From positions 744,001-808,000 of the forward strand of contig JAPDFW010000103.1 in NCBI GenBank assembly GCA_028826165.1: DNA of 64,000 bases. Direction: 5' to 3'. The position numbers were made by a program, and so were the translations under genes. The first letter of the stretch is position 1, and each line of letters opens with the position of its first letter. The notes under the pieces were generated by a model, which was given only the letters and a program-made list of their open reading frames with translations, was not told the origin of the DNA and ran no database searches. Of this stretch, positions 1 to 11,974 are shown piece by piece. The stretch is from Anaeramoeba ignava BMAN. Lineage: Eukaryota; Protista; Anaeramoebae.

Positions 1-179
1 GGTGTTTTGATTTCAATAGATTCCTTGTAAACGCCAGGATGTATTTTTATTGTTTCTCCTGCGCCGGCAAATTCAAGTGCTTCTTGAATTGTATCATAAG
101 TCCGAATTCCTGATTGAATGTCAGATTTCGGTTGAACATGTATTTCATGTAAATTATCTTGTTCTGTTGTAATTGACAT
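1..179 (-). CDS. N-terminal part of a right-handed beta-helix (pectin-lyase-like/FBXO11-type) protein; runs off the window start
   Basis: Manual translation from ATG 179: MSITTEQDNLHEIHVQPKSDIQSGIRTYDTIQEALEFAGAGETIKIHPGVYKESIEIKT. The Y-x-TIQEAL...G-x-TI-x-I-x-PGVY-x-E motif is the typical beta-helix cap. Not in the ORF track. Confidence 0.7.
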   Translation of the reverse strand, partial: MSITTEQDNLHEIHVQPKSDIQSGIRTYDTIQEALEFAGAGETIKIHPGVYKESIEIKT

Positions 180-1137
180 TTTTGTTTATGTATATTTTTG
201 TATTTTTTTATTATATTTTTTTATTATATTTTTTTATTTTGATGAAGAAAAAAAAAAGAAAATAAAAAAATGAAAACAAAATTCTCAAATAAAAAACAAA
301 AAAATAAAATTTTTCAAATAAAAACCAAATAATTAAAAGAAGAATTAAGAAAAAGTTTATTTGATTTATAAAAAGAATTGTTTTTGTTTTTCTCCTTTTA
401 TTTTTTCTCCTTTTATTTATTCCAAAAAATTTAAACAAAAAAATGATCAACTTTTTTGATTTGATTAATTTTATAACTTTTTTTTTCAATTATAACAATT
501 TTTTTTGGAAAATGATTTGAATTTAATTTCTTAATTTGATTATTTTTTATTACTTATTTTTTAATTTTTCTATTTTCATTTTTGAAAAAGATCTTAATAA
601 AAAAAAAATGAGAAAAAAAAATTTTTTTTTTATTTTTTTGTTGATCTTTTTTTTCAAATAAAATCCAAAAATTTAAAAAATATCAAAATTGGAAATTATT
701 TGAATAAAAGGGTAATTTTAAATTTTAAAAGTATTTGATATGATCTCTTAATTTTATTTGCAACCCCAAAATTAAAATGATTAAAAAAAAAAAGAAATTT
801 TTACCTTTTAATTTTTACAATTTAATTTAATTTTTATTTTAATTTAATTTTATTTTATATTAATTTAATTTTATATTAAAAACCAATTAAATAATTAAAA
901 TTAAAAAATTAAAAAAAAAAATTTTTTTAAAGGGGGCAAATAAAGCAAAAAAAAATAAAAAAAAAAAATTAAAAATAAAAACAAAAAAAAAACAAAATTT
1001 TTTTTTTTATTTTTTAGATCATTTTTTTTTTTAACAGTAAAAATTTATTTGAATAATTAAATTAAAAATAATTAAATTAAAAATTAAAAATTATAAAATT
1101 AAAAAAATAATTTAGCTAAATTTCAATTACAAAAAAA

Positions 1138-2051
1138 ATGTGCGACACTTCAGATCCAGCAATTAAACAAGCTTATGATGATGTTAGAGATGATTCAAAT
1201 GAAACAACATGGTAAAAAACAATTTAAAAAACAATTTAAAAAACAATTTAAAAAACAATTTAAAAAACAATTTAAAAAACAATTTAAAAAACAATTTAAA
1301 AAACAATTAAAAAACAAATTAAAAAAACAATTTAAAAAACAATTAAAAAAAAAATTTTCGAAATAATTATTTATAATTTAATTTAATTTATAATTTAATT
1401 TAATTTAATTCAATTTATAATTTAATTTAATTTAATTTATAATTTAATTTAATTTATTTTGATTTAATTTAATTTAATTTAATTTAATATTTTAGGGCTG
1501 TTTTCTCTTATGAAGCCGACAGCAATAAATTACAAGTTATTGGAACTGGAACACAAAGTGTTGATGAATTTCTTCCTCTTCTTGCCGATGACATTGTTGC
1601 ATATGTTTATTTCAGAGTTATTTCTGGAGATGAAGAAAGTAAAAGACCCAAATTTGTCTTTACAACATGGATTGGAGACAACGTTAAAATTATGAGAAAG
1701 GCAAAAGTTTCTGTTCATAAAGCTGATGTTAAGAAAATTGTTCGCGTAAGTTTTTAATTTAAATTTTTATTTTAAATTTTTATTTTAAATTTATTTTTAA
1801 ATTTTTATATTTTAATTTTTTTAATAGCAATTTGCTGTTGAAATGCAAGCTTTTGATCATGATGATTTAGCCATAGAACAAGTTATGAAAGAAGTTAGAA
1901 AAGCTGGAGGAGGTTTGTTTTCTTTTAATTTTATTTATCAATGATTTTTTAAATTTAACTAATTTTAATTTTATTTTTAATTTTATTTATTTAAAAATTT
2001 AAATCAAATTTTCATTTAATTTAATTAGCTGATTATCATGGAAATTGGTAA
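1138..2051 (+). CDS. COTL1: Coactosin (ADF-H actin-binding protein); exons 1138-1211, 1496-1745, 1828-1912, 2029-2051; probable 5'UTR intron 1037-1115
   Basis: GT-AG splicing gives MCDTSDPAIKQAYDDVRDDSNETTWAVFSY...RVISGDEESKRPKFVFTTWIG...KAKVSVHKADVKK...EVRKAGGADYHGNW*, which has the coactosin signature motifs. Confidence 0.92.
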
Positions 2052-2372
2052 ACAAAAATATTCTTGTTCGCTTCCGAAACTTCTTGTTTCGTGAAATGCT
2101 TTTCTTTTTTTTTCAATACTTTTTTTTTTCAATTTTCAAAAAAAACAAAACGAAATTTTTTTTTTTCTTTTCTTTTTAATCCATTTGGTTTTTTTCCTAC
2201 AACAGAAATGGAATAAAACAATCAAAAAAAAAAAATAATCAAATAAATTCTTTTCTTTTTTTTTTTTATTGAAAAATTTTTATTAAAAGAAAAAGAACAC
2301 ATTTTAAAAAAAGAAAAATAAAAAGAAAAATAAAAAGAAATAGAAAAAGAAAAAGAAAAAGAAATAATAATC

Positions 2373-3435
2373 CTATTTTACTCTTTTAGAAAACACAAAA
2401 TAACCATTTCTAGCTCCACTTAAATAAGTAAAACCATCACTTACTAAATATTTAATTAAACCTCTTTGTAAGTTTCTTTTTGCTTTTTGTTCATCAGAAG
2501 TTTTAGGAAAAAAATCAAGAATCGCTTTATCAATTTCATATTGAAGTAAATTTCTTTTATGATTTGAATTTTGTTGTGATTTTTGGGATAAATTTGAATT
2601 GGATTGATCTAACGGAAATTGATCATCTTCATTATCATCTAAATCAAATTGATTTTGACTTTTTGCGTGTTCAAAAAGATAACTTAGATCACCTAAAACA
2701 AGTTGAGAATTGAATTTCTGGAATGCTTCAAGTCTATATTTCCATCTTGGCGCAGGTTTTTGTGCTAGAAACTCTTCAAGTGTTTCGTTTGTTAAATTTC
2801 TACCGTTAAGAACTTCATTTAAACTTTTTGCCGGCATTCTTGACTTTCTTGCTTTTTTGATCTCAGTTATTTCTTCTTCATGTTGTTCTTCTTCTGTACT
2901 TTTGGCAGTGGCATCTACTTGTATTTCCACATTTTGATCTCCAAAATCAATGTCATCTGAATTTGCCCTCTTTTTTCGGTGTCCTGATCTGTTAATGTCA
3001 AACTTGTTTTTTGTCAAAGCTGGATTTGTTTTTTCATATTGGTTTTCACAATCATTTTTTTCTGTCATTCTCATTTGCTCTCTTGAAAGTTCTTTGCCAT
3101 ATGGATTTTTATTAAACAAATTAGATGTGTCAATGCCACCTTGTTGTTGGGATGGTTGTTGAAAGGAATTGGAAATTGAACGAAGAGAACAAAGAGCTTT
3201 GACACTGATTGCATCCTATTGGAATTTTTTTTTAAAAAAAGAAAAAAGAAAAAATTTTTAAAAACAAAAAACAAAAAAAACTCTCATTTTGTATTTTTTT
3301 AAAAATTACTTGTAAACACCAATTAGTTTGATGAAGATAAGCAACACCTTCGTTAATGTCATTTGTTCCTGTAATTGTCATAAATTGCATTAATGTATTT
3401 ATAAAAAATTGATGTGGAATATTTATGTTTTGCAT
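2373..3435 (-). CDS. UBA-like N-terminal domain protein with an uncharacterised C-terminal domain; exons 3435-3310, 3215-2373
   Basis: Intron 3309-3216 (GTAATT...AATAG) joins QFMTITGTNDINEGVAYLHQTNWCLQ|DAIS (UBA_4-like F-x-x-ITG...YL...NW-x-L-x-x-AI) in frame to ORF 2373..3119. Confidence 0.75.
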
Positions 3436-4389
3436 TTATCTTTATTTATTTTTTTTTGTATTTATTAGAATTTTTTTGTTTTATTTTTAAAATTGATTTA
3501 TTTTTGATTAAAAATTAAATTTTTTTTTTGATCCAAGAAAAAGAAAAAGAAAATTAAAAAATAAAAAATAAAAACTTATAAAATTAAAAAAGAAAAAGAA
3601 AAATGAAAAAAAGAAAAAATAAAAATAAAAAAAAGGGTAAAAAAAAAAAGTTTAATTTAAAATTAAATAGGATCATGAATAAAGGATCTATATTACTTTT
3701 TTTATTTATTTTTTAATTTTAATTTTTAATTTAAAAAATTTTTTTTTTTCTTTTTATTTTTAATTAAAAAAAGAAAATTTTTTCTTTTTTTCTTTTTATT
3801 TTTTTTTTTTTTACTTTTTACTTTCGAATTTTGAGTTTAAAAATAAGATTTATTTATGAAATTTCATTTAAGAAAAATTATTTAAATAATATTTTTAAAA
3901 AAGAATTTTAATTTGCTTTACTTTTTAAATTAAATTTTTTTTATTATTTTTTCAATTTTAACTTTGATCTGATCCCCCATCTTTTATTAAAAATTAAAAC
4001 AAAATTAAATAAATAAAATTAAATAAAATATTTACAACAAAGAAAAAAAACCTTTTAATTAATTTTCACTTACTTTCCCTTTAAAATTTATAATTAAAAA
4101 TTAAAAATTAAAATTAAATCCAAAAGAAATTTTTCTTTTTAATTCCTTCAATTTTAAATAAAGATAAGATTATCAAAAAAAAAAAAAAAACTGATACATT
4201 TCTATTTAATTTTAACTTATTAAATTTATTTAACTTTTTAAATTTAAGAAAAAAAAAAAAAAGGGATATTTTTTTAAAGACAAATTTGATCTTAATTGGT
4301 TTTTTTTTTTTTGTTTCAATTTGGAAACAAATTTATTCATTTTGGTGACTAAATTTTTAATTAAGATCACAACAAAATTAATTTAAAAT

Positions 4390-7080
4390 AATATTAAATA
4401 ATAAATTTATAATAAAATATTAAATTAAAATATAATTAAATTTTATTATAACTTGATCACTTTAAATTTAAATTATCCAAAAAAAAAAAGAAAGATCAAA
4501 TAAAAATCATTTATATAATTTGAATAAATAGATCTAAACCAATAAATTACTTATAAATATATTATAAAATAATATAAAATATATTAAATAATAAATTTAT
4601 AATAAAATATTAAATTAAAATATATTTAGATTTTTAATATAAATTTTATCTATTTATTTATAATTTGAATAAATAGATCTAAACCAATAAATTACTTATA
4701 AATATATTAAAAATAATATAAAATATATTAAATAATAAATTTATAATAAAATATTAAATTAAAACATATTTAGATTTTAATATAAATTTTATCTTTTTAT
4801 TTATAATTTAAATAAATAGATCTAAATCAATAAATTATTTATAAATATATTAAAAATAATATAAAATATATTAAATAATAAATTTATAATAAAATATTAA
4901 ATCAAAAATATATTTAGATTTTAATATAAATTTTATATATTTATTCATCATTTAAATAAATAGATCTAAACCAATAAATTATTTATAAATATATTATAAA
5001 ATAATATAAAATATATTAAATAATAAATTTATAATAAAATATTAAATTAAAACATATTTAGATTTTAATATAAATTTTATATATTTATTTATAATTTGAA
5101 TAAATAGATCTAAACCAATAAATTATTTATAAATATATTATAAAATAATATAAAATATATTGAATAATAAATTTATAATAAAATATTAAATTAAAATAAA
5201 TTTAGATTTTAATATAAATTTTATCTTTTTATTTATAATTTGAATAAATAGATCTAAATCAATAAATTATTTATAAATATATTATAAAAATATTATAAAA
5301 TATATTTAATAATAAATTTATAATAAAATATTAAATCAAAACATATTTAGATTTTAATATAAATTTTTATATATTTATTCATAATTTGAATAAATAGATC
5401 TAAATCAATAAATTACTTATAAATATATTAAAAATAATATAAAAATATATTTAATAATAAATTTATAATAAAATATTAAATTAAAATATATTTAGATTTT
5501 AATATAAATTTGATATATTTATTCATAATTTAAATAAATAGATTTAAATCAATAAATTATTTATAAATATATTATAAATATTATAAATTATATTGAATAA
5601 TAAATTTATAATAAAATATTAAATCAAAAACATATTTAGATTTTTAATATAAATTTTATATATTTATTTATAATTTAAATAAATAGATCTAAATCAATAA
5701 ATTATTTATAAATATATTAAAAAAATAATATAAAATATATTTAATAATAAATTTATAATATAATATTGAATCAAAATATATTTAGATTTTTAATATAAAT
5801 TTGATATTTTTATTCATCATTTAAATAAATAGATCTAAACCAATAAATTATTTATAAATATATTATAAAATAATATAAAATATATTTAATAATAAATTTA
5901 TAATAAAAATATTAAATCAAAATATATTTAGATTTTAATATAAATTTTATCTTTTTATTCATAATTTAAATAAATAGATTTAAATCAATAAATTACTTAT
6001 AAATATATTATAAAATAATATAAAAATATACTGAATAATAAATTTATAATATAATATTAAATCAAAAATATATTTAGATTTTAATATAAATTTGATATTT
6101 TTATTCATCATTTAAATAAATAGATTTAAATCAATAAATTACTTATAAATATATTATAAAATAATATAAATTATATTAAATAATAAATTTATAATATAAT
6201 ATTAAATCAAAATATATTTAGATTTTTAATATAAATTTGATATATTTATTCATAATTTGAATAAATAGATCTAAACCAATAAATTATTTATAAATATATT
6301 ATAAAATAATATAAAAATATATTTAATAATAAATTTATAATAAAATATTAAATTAAAACATATTTAGATTTTAATATAAATTTGATATTTTTATTTATAA
6401 TTTGAATAAATAGATCTAAACCAATAAATTACTTATAAAATATATTAAAAATAATATAAAATATATTTAATAATAAATTTATAATAAAATATTAAATCAA
6501 AACATATTTAGATTTTTAATATAAATTTGATATATTTATTTATCATTTAAATAAATAGATTTAAATCAATAAATTATTTATAAATATATTAAAAATAATA
6601 TAAAATATATTGAATAATAAATTTATAATAAAATATTAAATCAAAATATATTTAGATTTTAATATAAATTTTATCTTTTTATTCATAATTTAAATAAATA
6701 GATCTAAATCAATAAATTACTTATAAATATATTATAAAATAATATAAAATATACTGAATAATAAATTTATAATATAATATTGAATCAAAATATATTTAGA
6801 TTTTAATATAAATTTGATATTTTTATTCATCATTTAAATAAATAGATTTAAATCAATAAATTATTTATAAATATATTATAAAATAATATAAAATATATTG
6901 AATAATAAATTTATAATAAAATATTAAATTAAAATATATTTAGATTTTAATATAAATTTGATATATTTATTCATCATTTGAATAAATAGATCTAAATCAA
7001 TAAATTATTTATAAATATATTAAAAAATAATATAAAATATATTTAATAATAAATTTATAATAAAATATTAAATTAAAATG
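4390..7080. repeat. AT-rich satellite, ~145 bp monomer, ~18 copies
   Basis: AAATAGAT(C/T)TAAA(C/T)CAATAAATT landmark recurs at ~4531, 4675, 4817, 4961, 5105, 5250, 5396, 5540, 5684, 5830, 5975, 6121, 6266, 6411, 6556, 6700, 6843, 6987. Confidence 0.95.
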
Positions 7081-7153
7081 AATGTTTTTTTTAGTTTTTT
7101 TGTTAATTTTTTTCAAATTTTTTTTTTCATTTTTTTCCTTTTATTTTTGAAAA

Positions 7154-8956
7154 ATGAAACCATTATTTGAATTTTTAGGAAATCAATTCCAACAAGATAT
7201 TGAAGAAGAGTTATTGAATCCAGAAACAGAAACAATTTTTTTTGAACCAGTTATCCTTCGTTCAGTTATTGTTGAAAAATCAACTGTGGATATAAAAGAA
7301 CAAAACAAAACACAAATATTATCAGATTTGGATCGAATAATAAAACAGAAAATCCAAAAATTCATTCCAAAATTTTTTGAAAAACTAACTCAAGTCAAAA
7401 TACAAGAAAAATATCAACTACTTTTTGAATTTTTAAGCATTCTTTCAAAAATTAACAAATTTGAATTGAAGGGTGAATTGCTTATTATTTATCAGCAAGC
7501 ATTAAAAAAACTTCATGGATTTCTATCAAAATACAAATTGCAAAAAAAGGATCAAAATTTCTTGAAAAAAGACACTAATTTATACGAACATTTATTTCAA
7601 CCGTTAATTATTATTAATGATATTCCTCTTTTAGTTATTTTACTCAAAAACGACATTTTTTTGGATTGTTTTGTGAAAAATAATCCCGATCAAAAAATTG
7701 CTTTTCAAATCCAAAGAGCATTAAATGAAAAAAATGAAGACGAAAAAAAAATCATTTCAAAAATTCAAAATATTCAGCAAAATTCCCCAAATTATACAGA
7801 AAATATGCAAATGTTTGACAACCAAGAACTGCTTAGTTCGATCCAAATTCTCCAGAAAGAGAAGCAAGATCAAGCAGAAATTATTTTGGGTATGCAGAAA
7901 CAAATTGACGAGTTGCAAAAATCTCAAATGAATATATCTCAGTTTGATCTTTTACAAAACAAACTTGAAAATCTTGAAAGTGTTATTTCGAATCTTAAGA
8001 AAAAAAACAGAAAGAAAGGCAACCGCAAAGGGAAAAAACACAACAAGAATAAAAATCAAGAAAAGAATAAAAAGAATAAAAAGAATAAAAAGAATAAAAA
8101 TCATGAAAAGAATAAAAAGAATAAAAAGAATAAAAACCAAGAAGAGAATAAAAATTCTAATTCTAATTCTAATAAATTTAGTCAAACAAGTTCAGAAAAT
8201 GAAAATGAAAATGAGAATCAAATTGAAAATGATAATGAAATTGATAACGAAATTGATAATCAACCAAGAAGTCGAGGATTATCTCCAAATCCTCAATTTG
8301 AAAACATAAAAGTTGCCATTTTAACACTTGATCATGAAGAAAAACAAAGATATGATTTGATTAAAACACTTGTTTTTGAAGGATTTCATCCAAATAATAT
8401 TGATGATATTTTTTTGGAAAATCAAGAACCTATTGATTTAGTTGATTATCATGTTGTTCTTGTTTATTCTATTGGAGGATCTGAATTAGCAAGAAAAATG
8501 GGAGATTTTTTATATGAAATATCAATTATGGGAATTCCAATTTTGATAATGTTTGGAATTGATGTTAAAGATGCAATTGAAGGAAAATTTTTAGAAATTA
8601 TTCCATATGTTCCAGGTGAACAAATAATTGAAGCAAATCAAAAATTGGGAGAAATACGACAACCAAATCATCCAATTATGAAAGGAATCAATGAAATTAT
8701 TTCTGGTGAAATTTCTTATCATTCTAATATTAAATCAAAAGATGAAAATCAAGTTATTTGTTATTGGAATGATAATATTCCACTTGCTATTGTTGGTAAT
8801 ATTCCAAAAAAAGATGCTTTTGATTTTCATTCACAAATTATGGTTTTAAATTTATTTCCACCTTCTTCTGATTATCTTCAATTTTATTGGTCTGTTTCAA
8901 CTGATGTTGGAAAATTAATTGCAAATTCACTTTTTTATTTAGTTAATAAGAATTAA
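7154..8956 (+). CDS. 600-aa protein: helical N-terminus, coiled coil, K/N-rich linker and a C-terminal alpha/beta domain (class I glutamine-amidotransferase-like fold, inferred) shared with the next gene
   Basis: Single long ORF with TCATTT upstream; last ~228 aa nearly identical to those of 9184..11709. Confidence 0.8.
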   Translation: MKPLFEFLGNQFQQDIEEELLNPETETIFFEPVILRSVIVEKSTVDIKEQNKTQILSDLDRIIKQKIQKFIPKFFEKLTQVKIQEKYQLLFEFLSILSKINKFELKGELLIIYQQALKKLHGFLSKYKLQKKDQNFLKKDTNLYEHLFQPLIIINDIPLLVILLKNDIFLDCFVKNNPDQKIAFQIQRALNEKNEDEKKIISKIQNIQQNSPNYTENMQMFDNQELLSSIQILQKEKQDQAEIILGMQKQIDELQKSQMNISQFDLLQNKLENLESVISNLKKKNRKKGNRKGKKHNKNKNQEKNKKNKKNKKNKNHEKNKKNKKNKNQEENKNSNSNSNKFSQTSSENENENENQIENDNEIDNEIDNQPRSRGLSPNPQFENIKVAILTLDHEEKQRYDLIKTLVFEGFHPNNIDDIFLENQEPIDLVDYHVVLVYSIGGSELARKMGDFLYEISIMGIPILIMFGIDVKDAIEGKFLEIIPYVPGEQIIEANQKLGEIRQPNHPIMKGINEIISGEISYHSNIKSKDENQVICYWNDNIPLAIVGNIPKKDAFDFHSQIMVLNLFPPSSDYLQFYWSVSTDVGKLIANSLFYLVNKN

Positions 8957-9099
8957 CAAAACAAAACAACAAACAAAACAAAAAACAAAACAAAACAGAA
9001 AAAAAAATTTTTCTTTTAATTAAAAAAATGGAATCGTTCAAATAAAAAATAAGAAAATTTTTATTTTCATTTTTTTTTTTCAATTCAAAACAAAAACAA

Positions 9100-9183
9100 T
9101 TATAAAAGGAAAAATATAAAAGGAAAAATATAAAAGGAAAAATATAAAAGGAAAAATATAAAAGGAAAAATATAAAAGGAAAA
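9100..9183. repeat. 14-bp tandem repeat (AAAAGGAAAAATAT)n just upstream of ATG 9184
   Basis: About 6 copies read directly. Confidence 0.85.
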
Positions 9184-11709
9184 ATGGAAAACAAAAAACA
9201 CAAAAAAAGCAAAAACAAAACTCATAAAAAGAAAAATAAATCAAAACAGAAAGAGAAAGAAAAAGAAAAAGAAAAAGAAAACGAAACAACGGAAACAGAA
9301 GAAATAGAAAAAGAAAATGAAGAAATAGAAAAAGAAAATGAAAAAGAAGAAATAGAAAAAGAAAATGAAGAAAAAGAAAAACCAACAAAAATGTTAATAA
9401 AAAATTATTCAAATCTACTACATTCTCCAAATAATTTTGCAGATTTCAAATTAATTGTTGGTTCAAATTCTGTAGAAATTCCATGTCATAAAGCAATATT
9501 AAGTTTCCAATGCCCTTTTTTTAAAAAAATTTTAAGAAAACAAGAAACAACAAGTTATTCCTTTGATGATTTTAATCCAAATATTATGATGCTTGTTCTT
9601 GATTTTATTTATACAAGTCAAATCAATTTGCAAATGGAAAATGTTATCCAAGTTTATCTTCTTTCTCAAAAAATTTTACTTGATTTACTTACTCAACAAT
9701 CCCACAATTATATTTTGCAAAATTTGAATGCAGAACTTGTTTTGCAAATATTTCAAAATCAAAACCAAAATTTACTTCAAACCTTTAAAGAGCAAATCGA
9801 TAATTTTATTCGAGATCATTTTAAGGAATTATTGAGATTCAAGGAATTCTCTGATTTACCGTTTAATGATTTAATTGATATTGCCCAAATTGCTTTTCAA
9901 AATCATTATAATTTGAAAACTTTCCGTTTATTGGATTTTTTTCTCAATTTAATTAAATTATTTAAACAACAAGATTTTTCTCTCAAACAAAAAATTGATA
10001 ATAAAAATTTGATTGAAAATTTCTGGGAAAAATATGGAAAACAATTTGAAATAATTAATATAAAAGACAAATACAAGAAAAAAAGGGATCGATTTATTAA
10101 CAAATTAAAAAGAAGACAAAAAAGTATTGATTCAGAAAAACAAAAAGCAAACTTCACACAAAATGAAAACCAAATTCAAAATGAAAATGAAAATGAAAAT
10201 GAAAATCAAAATCAAAATCAAAGTGAAAATGAAAATGAAAACGAAAATCATTCTCATAAATCAAAAAATTCTAAAAGGAGAAATAAAAATGGAAATCAAA
10301 ATGAAAATCATTTTAAGAATTCGGAAATAGTTGAAGAAAATAATGAGAAAAAAAAACTTGGAAAACACAAAAGCAAAAGAAAAAGCAAAAAAGATCAAAA
10401 TCAAGATGAAAATCAAAATCAAAGTGAAGATGAAAATGAAAATAAAAATGAAAGTGAAAATGAAAATCAAGATGAAGATAAAAATGAAGAGGAAAAGAAA
10501 CATAAAAAACTTGGAAAACACAAAAGCAAAAGAAAGAGCAAAAAAGATCAAAATGAAAATGAAAATGAAAATGAAAAACGAAATCATTCTCATAAATCAA
10601 AAAATTCTAAAAGGAGAAATAAAAATGAAGCAAGAAAAAATAGAATAAAATATCCAAATATATATCAATCAGCAAAAATATTAAATTCTAAAACAAATGA
10701 ATCAAAGAAACAAACAAACAATATTCCAAAAAAATTACACAAAACACAAATATTGGTTCATAAGAAAAGTGAAAAAAAACATTCAAATCACGAAAGCGAA
10801 AGAAAGTTGTTAAATCCACAAGATAATCAAAATTCAACAGGAAATAAACACAAGAGCAAACACAGAAAAAAAAAGGAAAATAAAAAATTAAAAAGAGTTA
10901 AATCACATCAAATAACGAAAAGTAAATCAAATCAATTTAGTGAACTGTATAATGAAAATGAAAATGAAAATGAAAATGATAATGAAAATGAAAATGAAAA
11001 TGAAAATGATAATGAAATTGGAAATCGAGGATTATCTCCAAATCCTCAATTTGAAAACATAAAAGTTGCCATTTTAACACTTGATCATGAAGAAAAGCAA
11101 AGATATGATTTGATTAAAACACTTGTTTTTGAAGGATTTCATCCAAATAATATTGATGATATTTTTTTGGAAAATCAAGAACCTATTGATTTAGTTGATT
11201 ATCATGTTGTTCTTGTTTATTCTATTGGAGGATCTGAATTAGCAAGAAAAATGGGAGATTTTTTATATGAAATATCAATTATGGGAATTCCAATTTTGAT
11301 AATGTTTGGAATTGATGTTAAAGATGCAATTGAAGGAAAATTTTTAGAAATTATTCCATATGTTCCAGGTGAACAAATAATTGGAGAAAATCAAAAATTG
11401 GGAGAAATACGACAACCAAATCATCCAATTATGAAAGGAATCAATGAAATTATTTCTGGTGAAATTTCTTATCATTCTGATATTAAATCAAAAGATGAAA
11501 ATCAAGTTATTTGTTATTGGAATGATAATATTCCACTTGTTATTGTTGGTAATATTCCAAAAAAAGATGAATCTGGAAAGCATTCACAAATTATGGTTTT
11601 AAATTTATTTCCACCTTCTTCTGATTATCTTCAATTTTATTGGTCTGTTTCAACTGATGTTGGAAAATTAATTGCAAATTCACTTTTTTATTTAGTTAAT
11701 AAGAATTAA
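9184..11709 (+). CDS. BTB/POZ(-BACK-like) protein with NE/NQ linker and the shared C-terminal domain
   Basis: FADFKLIVG...IPCHKAILSFQCPFFKKIL...LDFIYTSQINL is a BTB motif; 841-aa ORF. Confidence 0.88.
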   Translation: MENKKHKKSKNKTHKKKNKSKQKEKEKEKEKENETTETEEIEKENEEIEKENEKEEIEKENEEKEKPTKMLIKNYSNLLHSPNNFADFKLIVGSNSVEIPCHKAILSFQCPFFKKILRKQETTSYSFDDFNPNIMMLVLDFIYTSQINLQMENVIQVYLLSQKILLDLLTQQSHNYILQNLNAELVLQIFQNQNQNLLQTFKEQIDNFIRDHFKELLRFKEFSDLPFNDLIDIAQIAFQNHYNLKTFRLLDFFLNLIKLFKQQDFSLKQKIDNKNLIENFWEKYGKQFEIINIKDKYKKKRDRFINKLKRRQKSIDSEKQKANFTQNENQIQNENENENENQNQNQSENENENENHSHKSKNSKRRNKNGNQNENHFKNSEIVEENNEKKKLGKHKSKRKSKKDQNQDENQNQSEDENENKNESENENQDEDKNEEEKKHKKLGKHKSKRKSKKDQNENENENEKRNHSHKSKNSKRRNKNEARKNRIKYPNIYQSAKILNSKTNESKKQTNNIPKKLHKTQILVHKKSEKKHSNHESERKLLNPQDNQNSTGNKHKSKHRKKKENKKLKRVKSHQITKSKSNQFSELYNENENENENDNENENENENDNEIGNRGLSPNPQFENIKVAILTLDHEEKQRYDLIKTLVFEGFHPNNIDDIFLENQEPIDLVDYHVVLVYSIGGSELARKMGDFLYEISIMGIPILIMFGIDVKDAIEGKFLEIIPYVPGEQIIGENQKLGEIRQPNHPIMKGINEIISGEISYHSDIKSKDENQVICYWNDNIPLVIVGNIPKKDESGKHSQIMVLNLFPPSSDYLQFYWSVSTDVGKLIANSLFYLVNKN

Positions 11710-11769
11710 CAAAACAAAAAACAAACAAAACAAACTTTTTCAATAAGAAAATTTAAACGAAATTTATAA

Positions 11770-11950
11770 AAGCAATTTTAATTTTAATTTTAATTTTAAT
11801 TATAATTTTAATTATAATTTTAATTTTAATTTTAATTTTAATTTTAATTTTGATTTTGATTTTGATTTTAATTTTAATTTTAATTTTAATTTTAATTTTT
11901 AATTTTAATTTAAATTTTAATTTTAATTTGAATTAAATTTTAATTTTAAT
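11770..11950. repeat. (TTTTAA/TTTTGA)n hexamer tract
   Basis: Direct reading. Confidence 0.9.
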
Positions 11951-11974
11951 TTTTTCATTTTTCATTTTAATAAA

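Noticed and set aside
10246-10626. A-B-B-A internal peptide duplications in the BTB linker
   Set aside because: Ordinary slippage or duplication within a low-complexity linker; no sign of a separate element.
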